Below, piece after piece: positions 61,296 through 64,000 of a stretch of 64,000 nucleotides of DNA. How positions within the stretch are numbered: position 1 is the first letter of the stretch; the number at the start of each line of letters is the position of its first letter. The stretch comes from Mytilus californianus. Taxonomy: Eukaryota. The translations under genes and the position numbers were made by a program. The notes beneath the pieces were generated by a model that worked only from the letters and a program-made list of their open reading frames with translations, searched no databases and had not been told where the DNA came from. The DNA is taken from the NCBI RefSeq assembly GCF_021869535.1, contig NW_026262690.1, positions 113,708,001 through 113,772,000 of the forward strand, in the 5' to 3' direction.

Positions 61296-62384
61296 GACAA
61301 ATACTATGATCAGACTTCAAAATTTCATTTCCTTGGCTCCAATTATCTGAATTTTCTATATAAATGATTAATCTAAAAATCAATCTGATAAAAATATAAA
61401 ACCGAAGATTCACAATGGCTCAGGGTGCGGGAGTTTCTCGATGCATTGAAGACCCATTGGTGGCCTTCAGCTGTTGTCTGATCTATGAACGGGTTGTTGT
61501 CTTTTTGACACATTCCCCATTTCCATTCTCAATTTTATTTAGTTACCTAGAGTATTCTGAAAGTTTCAAGCAAATACATTGAGTGGTTTTGGAGGATGTA
61601 AGCAATGACTAAAATAACCCTGATCCTAAAATTAGAAGCGCTAAGAACAGAGTCCGAGTGTATTCTTATTTTAAATGTTTGCCAGTTTCAATTTCACAAT
61701 TCCAGTTTTCAAGCAAATAGGTAGAAATGCACTGTTCATCTCTTAAAATTATAACAGTATCAGGTTTTTCATTAAGGATTTTTTACCAGGGACTCATCAT
61801 AAATTTTATCAGCTGATACAACATTTCACAATGTTAATGAATATTTAGACTCATCAGTTTTGAAAATTAGAGAGATGCCCGAGTATATTTCACTTTAATA
61901 ACCACCAGTTAAAAACTTATACAGGTAATAAATATTGTTTTTGAGATATGTGACAAATTTGAGGAAAAAAAAACATGACATATGACACTAAATTGCTCAT
62001 CTTGCAAATTTAACCATTCATTGCTCAAGAGAAGATAACTTCTGAAAAATTTAGCCTCGGTCATATTTTTCATCTGATTAATCAAAAAAAAAAAAAAAAA
62101 AAAGAACCAAATATGCATAATTTGAAGAGGAGCACCATACATCATTCCTGTCAAGTTTCTTAAAAAATTGGCCACATAGTTTTAGACAAGAAGATGAAAA
62201 GTGATGTTCCATAGAGTTTTACCGGGAACTATGTGCTACCAATGCCACCATATTTGCCAATTGATCAACATTAAATGAGCTTGGATTATTTGTGGAGGGA
62301 CTTTCAATACTTTTAAATTTCAAAACATTTCTTTTTGCAGTTTCAGAAGAGAATGTTTAAAAAAAAATAGCAAAGCAGAATCTC

Positions 62385-62680
62385 TTGACTGATTGTTGGT
62401 TGCTTATCATCCAGTGGCAAATTTTTCCTGCATGTTCAGGACAATCAAGCAGAAGGCAAGAAGTGACTATGAATACGAACCCTGTTTGGAACAAGACCGA
62501 CACTCTGAGCAAAATTTTTAATGTGCCAGTTCACAAGGCAACAATCTGCAGAAAGACATGTTACCCAATTGTTTCTTTTACTCATAGTTGCTGCATGCTC
62601 AGCCGTGAAGCAGCAAATAATTATTTTAATGTCATTGGTTTGACCCGACCATCTTGAATTTGAGGCGAGCACACTGCCCA
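62385..62680 (-). mobile_element. Diverged tRNA-derived SINE with Meta-domain-like core
   Basis: Minus strand GGTCGGGTCAAACCAATGAC..TTTGCTGCTTCACGGCTGAGCATGCAGCA; tail CCACTGGATGATAAGCAACCAACAATCAGTCAA. Confidence 0.7.
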
Positions 62681-62704
62681 GAGATCACAGAGGTGTTTAC
62701 ATAC

Positions 62705-62880
62705 AATACAACTTATCGCTATTTGTCTGCCATTACTGGACATCACACAGGTTCCCATAACATCTTGACGTCATAATACAAAATATCTGACGCCACAATG
62801 GAAAAGTGAATGTTGTATGATGTCAATAGTTCAAGCAGGACAGATTCCCGGGTCAGCCGGGAATAGCGATAAGGTGTATT
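62705..62880. mobile_element. MITE with 19-bp TIR
   Basis: AATACAACTTATCGCTATT / AATAGCGATAAGGTGTATT (1 mismatch). Confidence 0.85.
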
Positions 62881-62977
62881 ACTAAAGTGTGGATTACCAT
62901 TTATATTTTTTTTTACCTGTTTCTCACCTACTAATAAAGTTTTTATTTGTGAGACAATGAGTGTTTAAATTAGTATA

Positions 62978-63195
62978 TACTGTAGATTTATTATTATTGA
63001 TGGGATACTTATTTTCTTGTATTTTGTCGGTACAGGTGAACCACAAATTTCACTCAATTTTCAACAAAGTTCAAATTTTCTAAAGTTTTTATGCAAACTT
63101 TGGCAAAACCATGAAATCAAATATCCACGAAAATAAAACATTTCCTCAATCCACAATAAAAATTGATGCCCGCAAAAATAAATGAATATAAAGTA
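62978..63195. mobile_element. pogo/Tigger-like MITE (TA-CTGT...AGTA)
   Basis: TACTGTAGATTTATTATT ... AAATAAATGAATATAAAGTA; CCACGAAAAT motif. Confidence 0.65.
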
Positions 63196-64000
63196 ATTTC
63201 TCATTTTGTTTCAGTGAACAGTAAGGACACTAAGCTTGCATATGGTGGTTTTCTCCGACCAATTATTAAGATCTTTTTTTATAAATTATTCTGTTCTTTC
63301 GAAAGCTTATACTAAAGATTTAACCTTCTAAAGTTATTAGACAATATCAAACAATGTTGAATGATGGTTAGTATCAAAACAGTTAATAATTTTAATCTTG
63401 CAAATTGAACTTCATGTAAGTTCATCTCTCGTTCCTTTATTCAAGGAGATTTTTAATTTCGGTAGGTATAAAATGAAACAATAATACTTAACTTGGAGTA
63501 TTAAAAAGGGAAGAAACAACTAAACAAAAGATTATTGCAAGCCCTACACATAAACGTCATCATCAACGAAAACCCAATTCAAAATGGGTGTAAAAGTTGA
63601 AAAAAGTCTTTCCCATAATTTGTTTTTAAATTATAATCCCATATTAAACAAAGACAAAAATGACACTATATAAAATATTTATTCAGTTTTAGAAGATTTC
63701 AGCTTGAAAATCTTCAAGAATCACTAGATTTGACATATATAATCTGTTTATTTACTGATCGTGAATATCAACTCCTCGTAAGTTTGATAAAAAAAAACTA
63801 GTGTAACTGCTGGGGTGCTTGGTAGATATCGTTTAATCTTTAGGTACCTACAATGCAAACAAACATATCACATGACTCACTCTATTGTTTCCTTTAGATA
63901 ATTGATACCAATGTTTACACTGATTAATAATTTTTACCGTTATCTTCTTGTCCCCAGGAGCTGTCATAATTTTTCTTCTTTAAGTAACAACGTTTTTAGG

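Overview
AT-rich eukaryotic genomic DNA. Its interspersed repeats match, from recall, those of mytilid bivalves (most likely Mytilus). There are no prokaryote-style genes, rRNA, true tRNA genes or CRISPR arrays, and nearly all ORFs in the supplied track are chance or repeat-derived. Bases 1-33000 are relatively CpG-rich and crowded with tRNA-derived SINEs, MITEs and at least seven retrozyme-related loci carrying type I hammerhead ribozymes of two covarying families: GUC-type, and UUC-type, one of which is split by a ~280-bp insert. Bases 34465-41830 are a cluster of Helentron-associated non-autonomous elements (HINE/DINE-1/pearl-like), one nested in another, with internal satellite arrays and a 13-fold amplification of an element terminus. 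Bases ~44400-64000 are CpG-poor and look like the body of a minus-strand multi-exon gene. Its last two coding exons (44591-44516, 44438-44387) are well supported, but I cannot name the protein. Counts, alignments and base-pairings were done by eye.
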